Assembly: GCA_965216755.1 (NCBI GenBank)
Contig: CBDCGL010000011.1
Span: 416,001-480,000, forward strand
From: Alphaproteobacteria bacterium
GTDB taxonomy: Bacteria > Pseudomonadota > Alphaproteobacteria > UBA7887
Reading direction: 5' to 3'
DNA: 64,000 nt
The position numbers were made by a program, and so were the translations under genes. This document shows positions 11,682 through 21,803 of this stretch, in pieces (position 1 is the first letter of the stretch; each line of letters starts with the position of its first letter). The notes beneath the pieces were generated by a model, which made no database searches, had not been told where the DNA came from, and was given only the letters and a program-made list of their open reading frames with translations.

Positions 11682-13418
11682 TTACTGATAGGGTAGCCGC
11701 CAAATGTGACAAGCATGCTTAGCCATTTCCTGCTGGCGACGTTCAATTGCCTCCGCGTTCCAGGTTGGCAAATCTAGCAAGGAGCGATTGATCGCCAGGT
11801 CCCCAAGGCGATAGGCTTGCTCTTTCTTCTCTAAAAACGAGGAATTCTGGATTTTCTTGTTTAGCTTACCCGTGAGCAAAGTCATGTTTCCTAAGCGATA
11901 CAAATACTGCTCTGCCTCGTCGCGCTCAAAAACGGTAAGCCATTCGCTAGAGATGCTCTTAGGTAAGATGTGCTCCAAAGTCAGACCTTCCCTCGCCACA
12001 ACATCGCTTGACGATAAGTGGTCATTAATCTTCTTCAAAATATGTCTAGCCAATAACTTGTCTTTATCCATGAATTCTTTCTTCGAAAATTCTCGAATGA
12101 AATCATCATCGCTTGGATAAAGGCCCTTTACACGTGCAAACACTTCGGAAGCCGTGCACCTTTGGTTTTGCCGCACATATCGAGCTGCGTCGCTGAAAAC
12201 CTTTTCTAGGTTACCTGTACGTGCGCGCCCAATAACGCTAAAACGGAATGTAAATACATTTACCATCCTATATATTCTTGCAAATATCGAAGGGTTTGTC
12301 TCAATAACAGCTAACAATAAGGGGTATATCTGAGTAACACGGCCATAAAATTTCATGTCCTTTATCGCTGTGTGTATTATTATCCTATCATCTTTCTCAA
12401 ACAAAAAATTCCACACATCGCTTTCAGTGCTTCTAAATGCACCATAATATTCTGCCGCATCCTTTAATTCCCTAGTGAAACCTCTAACAGAATTGCTATC
12501 TTCATATTCTCTTGTTGCAACTCTATACAGTTCTTTATCACGGACGACCCCTTTTTTAGATAGCCAATAATGTCGTATAAATGTTCTTATGGGGGTTTGA
12601 TTTAGGAAAGCTGCCATAGTGTCCCAGTCGTCTTGCACATAACCAAGGACATCGTCGTTTGATTTGGAAAAGATGTAGTTTTTCAAGAGATCGGCAGTGG
12701 ATAGTTCCAAGCCGCGATCGTTAAGCGTCTCGAATAAAAGGTATGCATCGTAGTTGTCCTTCACAGAAATCTCTATTATATACATGTGTTTGTCTATCGC
12801 GGTGACAATTTTCTGCACAAAATCATCGATGCGCCTGCCGCACTCTTTCTCTTTCTTTATTTGTTTTGTCATCTCATCGAAGAAATATAGGTAAGCGGAA
12901 GCTAATAGTTTGTTTGATCGAAGTGTCTTCCTGCGGCGAGAAGAAATGGTCCGAAGTTCTTCTACGTTTTCCAATGAAAATCCACCGAGCGGCGATAGAA
13001 TCTTATCTTGATAGAATTGTTTGTCGTTCTTGTTTAATTCAATTCTTGACTGCGTGACACGAGTTGAATAATCATAACGTCCTAGAAAATCGTTGGCCAA
13101 TCGTCCGGCGTTGTCTCCTTCATCAGCCGCTTTCAATAGGTCTCGCAAGGCGCAGAGCAAAAGGCAGATCGTTGTTAGCCTTTGTTGACCATCAACAACT
13201 TCCAAGAGAGGCGGATTAGCTGTTTTAATTACCATTGAACCCAAGAAATACTCAGGCGTCTGGTCAGCTAATATTGTGTCTAGGAGATCATACCAAAAGC
13301 GACCGTATTCGTCGTCGGTCCAGGAATAGTCGCGCTGAAAACGTGGAATCTTATAGGTCACTGACCTTCTAAGCATATCTCCGACGCTGCGAGTCGACGA
13401 TTCGATGTTTGCGGGCAT
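11682..13418 (-). CDS. DUF262 + DUF1524 GmrSD-like (type IV restriction-like) endonuclease
   Basis: IPRFQRDYSW, VVDGQQRLTT, FETLNDRG (DUF262); LEHILP...LGNMTLL...N (DUF1524 HNH-like); visibly AT-rich. Confidence 0.9.
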   Translation of the reverse strand: MPANIESSTRSVGDMLRRSVTYKIPRFQRDYSWTDDEYGRFWYDLLDTILADQTPEYFLGSMVIKTANPPLLEVVDGQQRLTTICLLLCALRDLLKAADEGDNAGRLANDFLGRYDYSTRVTQSRIELNKNDKQFYQDKILSPLGGFSLENVEELRTISSRRRKTLRSNKLLASAYLYFFDEMTKQIKKEKECGRRIDDFVQKIVTAIDKHMYIIEISVKDNYDAYLLFETLNDRGLELSTADLLKNYIFSKSNDDVLGYVQDDWDTMAAFLNQTPIRTFIRHYWLSKKGVVRDKELYRVATREYEDSNSVRGFTRELKDAAEYYGAFRSTESDVWNFLFEKDDRIIIHTAIKDMKFYGRVTQIYPLLLAVIETNPSIFARIYRMVNVFTFRFSVIGRARTGNLEKVFSDAARYVRQNQRCTASEVFARVKGLYPSDDDFIREFSKKEFMDKDKLLARHILKKINDHLSSSDVVAREGLTLEHILPKSISSEWLTVFERDEAEQYLYRLGNMTLLTGKLNKKIQNSSFLEKKEQAYRLGDLAINRSLLDLPTWNAEAIERRQQEMAKHACHIWRLPYQ

Positions 13419-13544
13419 TTTGGTACCTAGCGCTTGCGGATACCTCTTTGAGAAAACTATGATATAGCACGCCATGCAAAAAATAGCACTTATTCAGTAT
13501 CAGTGCCTTTACACATATTAGGACAGTCCGCACACACAGAATAA

Positions 13545-13806
13545 TCAGACGTTGATTCCCAACAATCGGGCCAAACACCGGTGCCGAGCCATGAACGCTT
13601 CCAGAGCTTGCGAATAGTTCGCAACGACGATTGTAACCGGATGCGGCTCCGGCAGATCGCCCGAAGTTTCTTTGACCCATGGGCGTAACGGCCCCCTCAA
13701 GTCACGCCGCTCGGTCGCCAGCGCCATGGCATCGGCGTGTTTGATCTCCGGTTGTTGCGGCCACGTGCAGCCGAAAGCTTCGGCGAGAGCCGCCTCGATC
13801 CGAACT
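13545..13806 (-). pseudogene. 3' remnant of a phage YfdR-like HD-domain phosphohydrolase
   Basis: Frame reads VRIEAALAEAFGCTWPQQPEIKHADAMALATERRDL; KHAD...LATERRDL is typical of the YfdR C-terminus; the N-terminal HD half is missing. Confidence 0.65.
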
Positions 13807-14205
13807 AAAACAGGTTTCAGGTGTGATGACCTTCAGGCCGACCAACGAATGGGATCGAGCCTTCGATTTTGCGGCGCCGCGCAAGCCCGGTTTTTCCTGT
13901 TGGGGCCTCAGGGGCATCGTCGGCACCTCGCACAACCAAATCGTATGACAGTTCAGGCGGTTTGCGCGGATCAATTGCGGCGAGGTTTAGTTGCTCCTGG
14001 GTGAGGCCGAGAGGTGACCGTGATCGGGAACTGATCGCGCATGTTACGGCGTGCGGCAGGGGGATCAACGGTGCGGATCTGGGCGACAAAGCCCTCGGGC
14101 CGATTGGAGCGCAGTTTATAGCGTTGTCCAGGTAGGACGAATTGCCAAAACTGTCGATACGTATCAGAGTTGTTGTAATCAAAAGAGTGTCTTCAAGAGG
14201 GTCCC

Positions 14206-15225
14206 ATGCGTCTCACGCTCCCGGCATTTCTGTTGGCGGCAATCCATATCACCACGGGGTACGCAAATAGTACTGGTATCCAGACCAATGTTGCTGGCCC
14301 GGACCCCACGGAAAGGCCCAGCGTGACCGTGTCGCAAATAGTTCGAGACGATCCGGGCGCGGCGAGGGGCCATGCGGACCTACCGTCTTTTCTCAAATCG
14401 TCGAAAGCCCCCCATGCGCTTGAACAGAGCGCAGAGTGTCGCCATCGCCCGGCCTACGAGACTGCGCTGATGCAAAATGTTCTCGAAAACTTCGACCGGA
14501 CCGAAACGCTTCGGCTAACCGGTCCCGAGTGGGATAACACGCTAGTGCGTAATTGCAGGATCCACGATACGGCTGAGGATGGGGTGATCATCAAGAACGT
14601 CAGAAATGTCGTTGTCACGAATTGCGAAATTTGGAATACGGGCGGCGAGGGCATCAAAACAAGCTCGAGCGGAAGTACTGAGAATGTGACGCTCGACGGA
14701 AACTACATTCACGACACGGCTTCGCAAGGTATCCATGCCCCGCAACGATCGGCTGAAGGCATCGATCACAGAAATCTGAGAATATTGAATAACGTGATAG
14801 AGAATACTGGATCACATGCAATTTATGTCCAGTCGCAAGACTTCATGATAGCGAACAACACGATCCGTGGCTGGCGGAAGGGTAACGGCGTGACCGTACG
14901 CAGTTCAGGTACGATCAAATGTAATGCTATATCGGGCGCTTCGCTCAATGATAAGCCAGCCATACGTTACTATTCAGATCATCAGTCGGGACTCTCAAAC
15001 GCATTGGTGATCGAGCGGAATGAGATTACCAGCGATACAATCGGCATCGATTTATACCCGCCCAGACAACGGTATGATGGCCAAGCTCCGACGGACCACG
15101 TGGTCAAGAACTTCATCGTAAGATACAATAGGGTCACGGCTATCAAGCCGCTAAGAATACATTCCGACTACGATCAACGAGAATTCTCAATTCGCATGTA
15201 CGACAACTGGCTTATGGCGAAGTAA
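14206..15225 (+). CDS. Secreted right-handed parallel beta-helix protein (pectin-lyase-like fold)
   Basis: Signal-like N-terminus; repeats NCRIHDT.EDG, NCEIWNTG.EGI, GNYIHDT.SQGI, NNVIENTG. Confidence 0.8.
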   Translation: MRLTLPAFLLAAIHITTGYANSTGIQTNVAGPDPTERPSVTVSQIVRDDPGAARGHADLPSFLKSSKAPHALEQSAECRHRPAYETALMQNVLENFDRTETLRLTGPEWDNTLVRNCRIHDTAEDGVIIKNVRNVVVTNCEIWNTGGEGIKTSSSGSTENVTLDGNYIHDTASQGIHAPQRSAEGIDHRNLRILNNVIENTGSHAIYVQSQDFMIANNTIRGWRKGNGVTVRSSGTIKCNAISGASLNDKPAIRYYSDHQSGLSNALVIERNEITSDTIGIDLYPPRQRYDGQAPTDHVVKNFIVRYNRVTAIKPLRIHSDYDQREFSIRMYDNWLMAK

Positions 15226-15232
15226 ATTCACG

Positions 15233-16726
15233 TTAGGGGCGCAATACAGCTGTCGAAGAGCGGAAAACCGATACAAACGCTTTCTCCGGCCCCTCGGGAA
15301 GACCAGAGATATACCACAGCAGGAGCAAGGCAAGGACATAAGTGCCGCCACCCACTATGCCACAAACCAAGAGTTGAACAAGGTTCTGAACAAGCGTGGA
15401 GTCAGACGGAATCAATAAACGTACGCCAATCACCAAAGATGCCATCATGATGAGAGCGACGCAACCGCGCAAGAAAGATGGGATGATTTCACTCGCCGAA
15501 GCGTTCACATAATATAATACGTACGCTAATGATAATAAGGTCGTGACGGCACTTGAAAATGCGACGGCCAAGGCGACACCGTATGTTGAGGCGGTGACCG
15601 CGCCGACATAAATGAGCGGCACGGCGACGGCGGCACCAATGGATTGTACCACGAGCATCGAACGCGTTTTTCCAAGGGCAAGAAAAACGGCTCCGCACGA
15701 CGCGTTACACAAATGAAATAGCGCGTACAGAACCAGAACGCGAATGAGAGGAATGGTGTCTAGCCAAGTGTTTCCAAGTACAACAATCACAAATGGACGA
15801 GCGACCAATCCTGTGAGAATCGCTATCGGCGCGCCGATACAGAAGATCAGAGAAAAGGATTGTATGAATGAGGTTTTGAGCAACTCGGGCTGATTAGCCA
15901 TTCTTGCGTAAGCCGGAAACATTGCACTGCGCAATGGTGCCGCCAACTCAGCGCCGACAAACTGCGAAATCGTTTTTGCCAGGTCATAAAAACCGAGAGC
16001 TGATGCACCGGAGAGTTTGCCGATAATAAGAGCGTCAGCCCGTTGACGAAGACTGAACACGATTCCGTGTGGGATAAGCCATTTCGAATAGTCGAAGATA
16101 TCGCGCCACGCGGCCAATGAAAATCGCGGCCTGAAGGCGTGCATGTGATAGCTCAAGGCCACGAGCAGGATGCGGGAGGTTGCATAACCGGCAATCAGTG
16201 CCCAATAGTTCTGCCAAAGTAGGGCGACCGCGACGGCGATCAAGAAACTTCCGAGCCGGCTTGCGAAATTGAGCTTGAACACTTTATCAAAAGTGAGGTC
16301 CTTGAAAAAATCAATCGCACCGACATTCTGCGTGCCTTCAATAAGGACAATCGCTGCCAGCCAATAAACAATTGCCTCGAGCTCAGGGGAGCCAAAGAAC
16401 GACGCGCAGGGGCGAGCCAGAAAGACAAGCACAAGCGCCATCAGGAGGCCGCGAAGGAACGTCAGGGTCCAGACGGTATCGTAGTGGCGGCGTTCGGCCC
16501 GCGTGTTTTGTATCAACGCGAGGTCAGGGCGTAGTCGCGACAAGGCCTCGACGAATCCCAAGATCATCATGGCCAGGGCGACGATACCGAAATCGGTGGG
16601 TGCCAACAGGCGCGCCAGAACCAGCGTGCGGACAAATCCGAGGCCTCCAACCGCCCAACGCAGAAAAACCATCCATCCCGCACCTCGGGCGATCTGCCGA
16701 CCGGTTACGGGTTGTTCGTTTGTCAT
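15233..16726 (-). CDS. wzx: PST-family polysaccharide flippase
   Basis: Many TM helices; LARLLAPTDFGIVALA, ALIQ, DALIIGKL...LGFY. Confidence 0.88.
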   Translation of the reverse strand: MTNEQPVTGRQIARGAGWMVFLRWAVGGLGFVRTLVLARLLAPTDFGIVALAMMILGFVEALSRLRPDLALIQNTRAERRHYDTVWTLTFLRGLLMALVLVFLARPCASFFGSPELEAIVYWLAAIVLIEGTQNVGAIDFFKDLTFDKVFKLNFASRLGSFLIAVAVALLWQNYWALIAGYATSRILLVALSYHMHAFRPRFSLAAWRDIFDYSKWLIPHGIVFSLRQRADALIIGKLSGASALGFYDLAKTISQFVGAELAAPLRSAMFPAYARMANQPELLKTSFIQSFSLIFCIGAPIAILTGLVARPFVIVVLGNTWLDTIPLIRVLVLYALFHLCNASCGAVFLALGKTRSMLVVQSIGAAVAVPLIYVGAVTASTYGVALAVAFSSAVTTLLSLAYVLYYVNASASEIIPSFLRGCVALIMMASLVIGVRLLIPSDSTLVQNLVQLLVCGIVGGGTYVLALLLLWYISGLPEGPEKAFVSVFRSSTAVLRP

Positions 16727-17057
16727 GCCTAAGGTCTCGAAAATACCAACACGCGGCTAGGAAGGTGGATGAGGTATCGCACCTTGTCAAATGGAACGGC
16801 GGCCTGAAAGCGGATGAGTTGATCGAGATGGCGGGAAACACGACGCTGGGCCTATAGAAAACCCGACATAAACCGACGGGTTGTTACGGCGGGCTGCGGG
16901 CAGGTACGGTGGGGGATGGTGAATTTTCCAAGATGTTGGGCCGCCGCCGTAGATGCGCTTTTCCAACGAGATCGCACCTTCCTTGCAAAATTATGCGATA
17001 TATTGCTTTCGGCGGATTTCGAGATGCAGCAATGGCGACGTAAGATCAGTTCGCGGA

Positions 17058-18641
17058 ATGACCCCTGAATCAAACTTGGTGGAACGAGTGGCAACACGCC
17101 GCGGGCGCCTTGTTGGCGATCTGTTCGATGCGTGGGACGAGCTTGATGTTTTGTTTTGTATTTGGAAAACATCAAGCCTGAAAAAGGCCTTCATGGGGCA
17201 GTCGGATTTCGACATTCTCATTTCTCAGGCGGACGCAGGCAACGCGGAACGCGCTTTTCTTGAGCACGGCTTCATTCGTGTTGTGGGGCCGGATCGCAAA
17301 CAGATGCCGGCAGTCGAAGATTGGGTCGGGTACGATCACGATGCCGATACGTCATATCACTTTCACGTCTATTTTCAGTTGTGGGAAGGAATCGGCGGCC
17401 TTGCAGAATATCGTTTACCTTGGGAGGCGCGCGTCTTGGCCTCGCGCGAACGCGACGAGAATGCCGGCGGGACTTGGGTCATCGATCCGAACCTAGAAAG
17501 TATTTTGGTCGTGGTTCGAATGGCGCTGCGAGCAAACACGGGTGGTGCGTTTTGGTGCGCTGTCCGCAACAAGCCCTATTTGTCACGGCTCTGGGATCAC
17601 CTGGACCAGTTGAGCGAGCGTACACACCGTGAGGAAGTTGCTTCGTGTGCGGCGGATCTTCTTGGTTCCGGGTTATCCGCATCAGTCCTGGTGGGGCGGT
17701 TGAGCGGGCGAGCACAGGGGGACAAAGGGTTTTTGAGCTGGGCGCGCGGGCTTAGATCTGGTGTGCATATGTACTCAAGGTTCGGTCGCTGGCGAACGCG
17801 CTATCATCGGCTTGGGCTGTTTGTCATGTCCATCTTTGAACGGTTTCGGCGCCGTTTGGGCGTACACGACGGCACAAAGTGCCTCCATAATGGCGGCCGA
17901 ATTATCGCAATTGTGGGACCAGATGGCGCCGGCAAATCGACAATTTCGAAGAGCCTCGTGGCTTGGCTGTCGTGGAAGATCGATGCCCAGTATGTTTATA
18001 TGGGCGAAGGCGTGGGTTCGAATGTAACGGCTTGGCTACGGCGATTACGGCGAGTCGCAAGAACGACCCTTCGGCCCTTAGTACGTCCAAAAAAAGCAAA
18101 TTCAGAAAGCGGGGATTTGCGCCGGTCTCGACGTTTAATCATGCACCACGGTCGAAACCCGCTTATGGCATATTTGAAGGCCAACGGGTTTGCGGTTACA
18201 CGTATACTCTTGGTGTGGGAGCGTCGCCGGAAGTTCAGAACCCTTCAGCGTGCTCGCATGCGCGGCGGATTGGTGATTACCGACCGTTACCCGCAAAGCG
18301 ATTTTATCGGATTTTATGATGGACCGCGCTACCAAAATAGCGACGCAAACTTGAAATATCGATTATCGCGTCTCGCCGCGAATTTGGAAGCGGCATTTTA
18401 CGAACACGTCGGGCGGATGCCCCCCGATCTCGTCGTGCGGCTTCACGTTAGCGAAGACGTGGCGCTCGCACGGAAACCGGATCATGGTCTCGATATGATC
18501 CGTAAGAAGATCGAAGCGACGCCGAAAATTTGCTTTGGGGACGCGCGAACGATCGATGTCGATGCGGCTCGCCCGCTGGCGATTGTGGAACGACAAGTCA
18601 AAAAATGGGTATGGACGAACCTACAATACCGCGCCCGTTGA
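17058..18641 (+). CDS. Nucleotidyltransferase-like + thymidylate-kinase-like fusion protein
   Basis: N-terminal GQSDFDILI (DxD); C-terminal P-loop IVGPDGAGKST, ITDRY, PDLVVRL. Start uncertain (ORF open from 16953). Confidence 0.7.
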   Translation: MTPESNLVERVATRRGRLVGDLFDAWDELDVLFCIWKTSSLKKAFMGQSDFDILISQADAGNAERAFLEHGFIRVVGPDRKQMPAVEDWVGYDHDADTSYHFHVYFQLWEGIGGLAEYRLPWEARVLASRERDENAGGTWVIDPNLESILVVVRMALRANTGGAFWCAVRNKPYLSRLWDHLDQLSERTHREEVASCAADLLGSGLSASVLVGRLSGRAQGDKGFLSWARGLRSGVHMYSRFGRWRTRYHRLGLFVMSIFERFRRRLGVHDGTKCLHNGGRIIAIVGPDGAGKSTISKSLVAWLSWKIDAQYVYMGEGVGSNVTAWLRRLRRVARTTLRPLVRPKKANSESGDLRRSRRLIMHHGRNPLMAYLKANGFAVTRILLVWERRRKFRTLQRARMRGGLVITDRYPQSDFIGFYDGPRYQNSDANLKYRLSRLAANLEAAFYEHVGRMPPDLVVRLHVSEDVALARKPDHGLDMIRKKIEATPKICFGDARTIDVDAARPLAIVERQVKKWVWTNLQYRAR

Positions 18642-19393
18642 TCGTCGAGTTCGTGGGATTTACGGGCGCCGGTAAGAGCACAATCCAGAACGAACTGATG
18701 AACCGGCTAGCGGCGCGCGGGCTTGGATTCGTTGATGTGGGGGGACGGGTCAAGACGCGTTGGGCAGACAACTCGGTTGTTGTCAGGCGCCTTCAAAAAC
18801 TCCTATTCTTTCTGCGCTATCCATTTATGAATTTGCGGCTTTTTTCGGCTGCTATTCGGTATGTCACTGCGGTCAAACCATTTCGCTTTCAAGAAGCGCG
18901 GTGGATCCGCCATTTGTTTGTGCTCGACCGAGCCTATAAATCGCTTTTCGATAATGGTTGTTCGCCGGTGCCACGCGTCGCCGTCTGCGGCGATGGGTTT
19001 CTTCAGGTTATTTGGACCCTGACCCTGATGCGCGAACCGCCGCCACGGCAAATCTTGCACCGAATGATGGATGTCATTTTGCGTGATCACGACATTTTTC
19101 CCATCCTTGTCGTGGTAAGCGCATCTGAGGCGTGCAGCAGACTGCGGAACAGGCCGGTGCCCGGCAGCCGCCTGGCACATATGTCCGATGACACGGTTCT
19201 GAACGTACTGGAGAGGCATCGCGAGACTTTGACGGAGATCTTTACCGTCAGCGGCGAAAGATCCAGTCAGGGGTCGCTCACAATTTCCGGAGCGGACAAC
19301 GTTGAAGAAAACGCGCGCCAGATATGCCAGCACCTTGAGAATATCGTGGTTCGAGATAGCAACGCCATCGACGCCGCAGACAACGAAAATTGA
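18605..19393 (+). CDS. P-loop nucleotide-kinase-like protein
   Basis: IVEFVGFTGAGKST, ACSRLRNR lid-like segment; overlaps the upstream stop. Confidence 0.7.
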   Translation: MGMDEPTIPRPLIVEFVGFTGAGKSTIQNELMNRLAARGLGFVDVGGRVKTRWADNSVVVRRLQKLLFFLRYPFMNLRLFSAAIRYVTAVKPFRFQEARWIRHLFVLDRAYKSLFDNGCSPVPRVAVCGDGFLQVIWTLTLMREPPPRQILHRMMDVILRDHDIFPILVVVSASEACSRLRNRPVPGSRLAHMSDDTVLNVLERHRETLTEIFTVSGERSSQGSLTISGADNVEENARQICQHLENIVVRDSNAIDAADNEN

Positions 19394-19747
19394 TAATTTC
19401 CGTAGGAATAATCAGCAATTGACGCAGACTATGTTGCAACACTGAAGCAATCGCGCGTGACATGATGCGAGAAACGCATGGAATGTGTGTAGCGATCTAG
19501 CCAAAGTTGTTATCGTTCATGCACGCCTCACGTCAAGTTCGGAGGTCACATTTGCGCCGAGGCTGTTCGACTGTCGCCCCGTTCTCATACAATTTTGCGA
19601 AACAAGTCTATCGGCGTGATCCGGGCAAACCTACCGAAATAACGCCGAGTGTCATTGGTCGACGGCTGTCAGCCAATTTGCTTGAACCTTGATCCTTTCA
19701 TACGAGAGGTGACATTATCAATTAACTGGTTGGAGCGTGTGTTTGGC

Positions 19748-21658
19748 ATGAGCGATTTCTTCGCTTTTTTTTCCCGGAAGCACTTGGGCGCGGATATCCC
19801 GCATTGGCAGGCGCTCTTTCAGATATTGCAAGCGCGCCAGGGCAGCAAGACGGTGGATCATTACGAATCGCCACATTACCGTATTTTGTTGTCACTTTGG
19901 CGGGACGATCGGTCCATGCTTCGGTTCGATCGTGACGAGAGTTTTCTTTTCTTGAGTAAAGGGGTGATTTTCGATAGCGAGACCGACGTTGCCACACTTG
20001 ATATTCAGTTGATATGCGCGGCGCTCCGCGCCAACGATGTTGACGCGTTGTTGCGATACGAAGGCGCTTTTGCATGCTGTGCTTGGGACGACGTGACACG
20101 GCGCGCTTTTATATTCAACGATCAAGTTGCTCAGCTAAACATATACTATGCTGAATACGAAGACGGTTTGTACGTTTCGACAAATGCTTTGGCGCTGGCG
20201 CGCGCCTTAGGACTCAAGCTTGACCCGACCGCAGTGCAGGAGTTTCTGGCGTTGGGCGTTGTCCATTGTCCAGACAGCATGTTCGAAGGTTTAAAGCGGG
20301 TAGGTGTGGGCGAGTATTTGGTCTATGACCGTGACGGCATCAAGGTCGTGAAAGCTTGGCGGCCCTTGGCCCATCGCGAAGAGATCTCTTCACGCCGTCA
20401 GGCCGTCGACAGACTCAAAGAGGTCGTAAGGGACCGTATTTGGCGACTACGGCGCGCCGCGTCGGATGGCAAGATCGTCTGCGATATGACTGCCGGGTAC
20501 GATAGTCGACTCATCGGAGCCGCGTGCCACGATCTCGGTCTGAATATTGGCCTAACGGTCAATGGTGAGAAAGAAGATGTCGATGTGCGTATTGCTCACC
20601 GTATCGCGAGCGTGCTCGACGTGCCGCTTGCGTATTTCGAGACGTCCAAAGAGGTGAGGCACGACATTGAAGGAGATTTCAAGCTGGATCTTCTTTATCG
20701 GACCAGCGGCGAGCTTCCGTTCAATGAGATTTACCGTCACGCGCTATCGCGGCCGCGGTTGGGTAGCGAATATGATTTGCATTTTAACGGTTCTGGTGGC
20801 GAGCTGTTTCGGTACTATCCATGGAGTCAAGAATTCTTCGGCATCGGGCGGCGACGGCTTGCTAATGTTGAAAGGGCCTTGCGGTATCGATACGTTCCAA
20901 AGCATGCTGTGCGGCGAGATGTATTTCGACAAGACTGGTATCCCTACTTTGTCGCACGGCTGCGTCGCCGTATCCTCGAGATTTTTCGAAGCGAACCGAG
21001 ATCGCTGACAACCCAGCAGTTGGACACGGCGTATCTCTGGAAGAAGACGGGAAACCCGACCGCCTACTTGTCGGCCCTTTCGAACTGGTTGCCAACGATG
21101 AGTCCGTTGTTGTGCGCCGGCGTGGTTGAAGCGGTTATTGCCTTGCCGTGGCGTTTTCGTCTGACGAGCGGATTACAAAGACATGTGATAAACGAACTGT
21201 GTCCAGAGTTGGGTAAGGTGCCGACGCAATATGGGGGGCGCGGTGGCCCAGTTTCAATCTGGCATCTTGGAGCCGAGTTCAAACAAGTTCTGAATCGGAC
21301 TGGGAAGCTAGTGGGGAAACTCGATAGAATGATTTTGGGGGACGGGTTTACCGGAACTTTCTCTCGATTCGGCAGCGGCCCAACGAAATTGCATGGCGGC
21401 ATTCCCGACATTTTCCGATTTGCCTTTCCGCCAAACGAAATGCGAAGCGCGGGTTTATACAATCCTGAGACCCTGCGGGCTATCACGAACGGTGCGGGTG
21501 GGCGTTTCCCGAAGTTATTGGTCGAACGTATGGCTACGATCGAGCTTTTGTGCCGAGAATTGGACTTCGAGCCGAATGAGGGGTTCCTGCTCAGTCAGGA
21601 GGGGGACGGCGGTCACGGCGTCAAGAGCGTAGAGGATCCGCGGCCAAGGATAGCGTGA
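19748..21658 (+). CDS. Asparagine-synthetase-like (AsnB-like) ATP-dependent amide ligase
   Basis: Degenerate glutaminase domain (EGAFA...NDQVAQLNIYY, no N-terminal Cys); synthetase motifs MTAGYDSRL and NGSGGELFR. Confidence 0.75.
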   Translation: MSDFFAFFSRKHLGADIPHWQALFQILQARQGSKTVDHYESPHYRILLSLWRDDRSMLRFDRDESFLFLSKGVIFDSETDVATLDIQLICAALRANDVDALLRYEGAFACCAWDDVTRRAFIFNDQVAQLNIYYAEYEDGLYVSTNALALARALGLKLDPTAVQEFLALGVVHCPDSMFEGLKRVGVGEYLVYDRDGIKVVKAWRPLAHREEISSRRQAVDRLKEVVRDRIWRLRRAASDGKIVCDMTAGYDSRLIGAACHDLGLNIGLTVNGEKEDVDVRIAHRIASVLDVPLAYFETSKEVRHDIEGDFKLDLLYRTSGELPFNEIYRHALSRPRLGSEYDLHFNGSGGELFRYYPWSQEFFGIGRRRLANVERALRYRYVPKHAVRRDVFRQDWYPYFVARLRRRILEIFRSEPRSLTTQQLDTAYLWKKTGNPTAYLSALSNWLPTMSPLLCAGVVEAVIALPWRFRLTSGLQRHVINELCPELGKVPTQYGGRGGPVSIWHLGAEFKQVLNRTGKLVGKLDRMILGDGFTGTFSRFGSGPTKLHGGIPDIFRFAFPPNEMRSAGLYNPETLRAITNGAGGRFPKLLVERMATIELLCRELDFEPNEGFLLSQEGDGGHGVKSVEDPRPRIA

Positions 21659-21803
21659 CCGAATTCCGAATAGAAGAAATTGGCTTGGACGGCCGGTGAG
21701 GATCAACTCGTCGCTGAAGAGTCCACATAGAATCGCGGTCGCTGCATATGAGGCGCTCTTCGCTGTCGAAAGCCGGAAAACAAAACCGTTTCGATCGGAA
21801 TAC

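Noticed and set aside
13807-14200. Possible IS end or structured RNA after the YfdR remnant
   Set aside because: No partner inverted repeat or recognisable motif found.
17058-21658. Lasso-peptide cluster (AsnB-like cyclase + kinase + nucleotidyltransferase)
   Set aside because: No precursor peptide, PqqD/RRE or transglutaminase-like B protein seen, and the genes sit inside a glycan locus.
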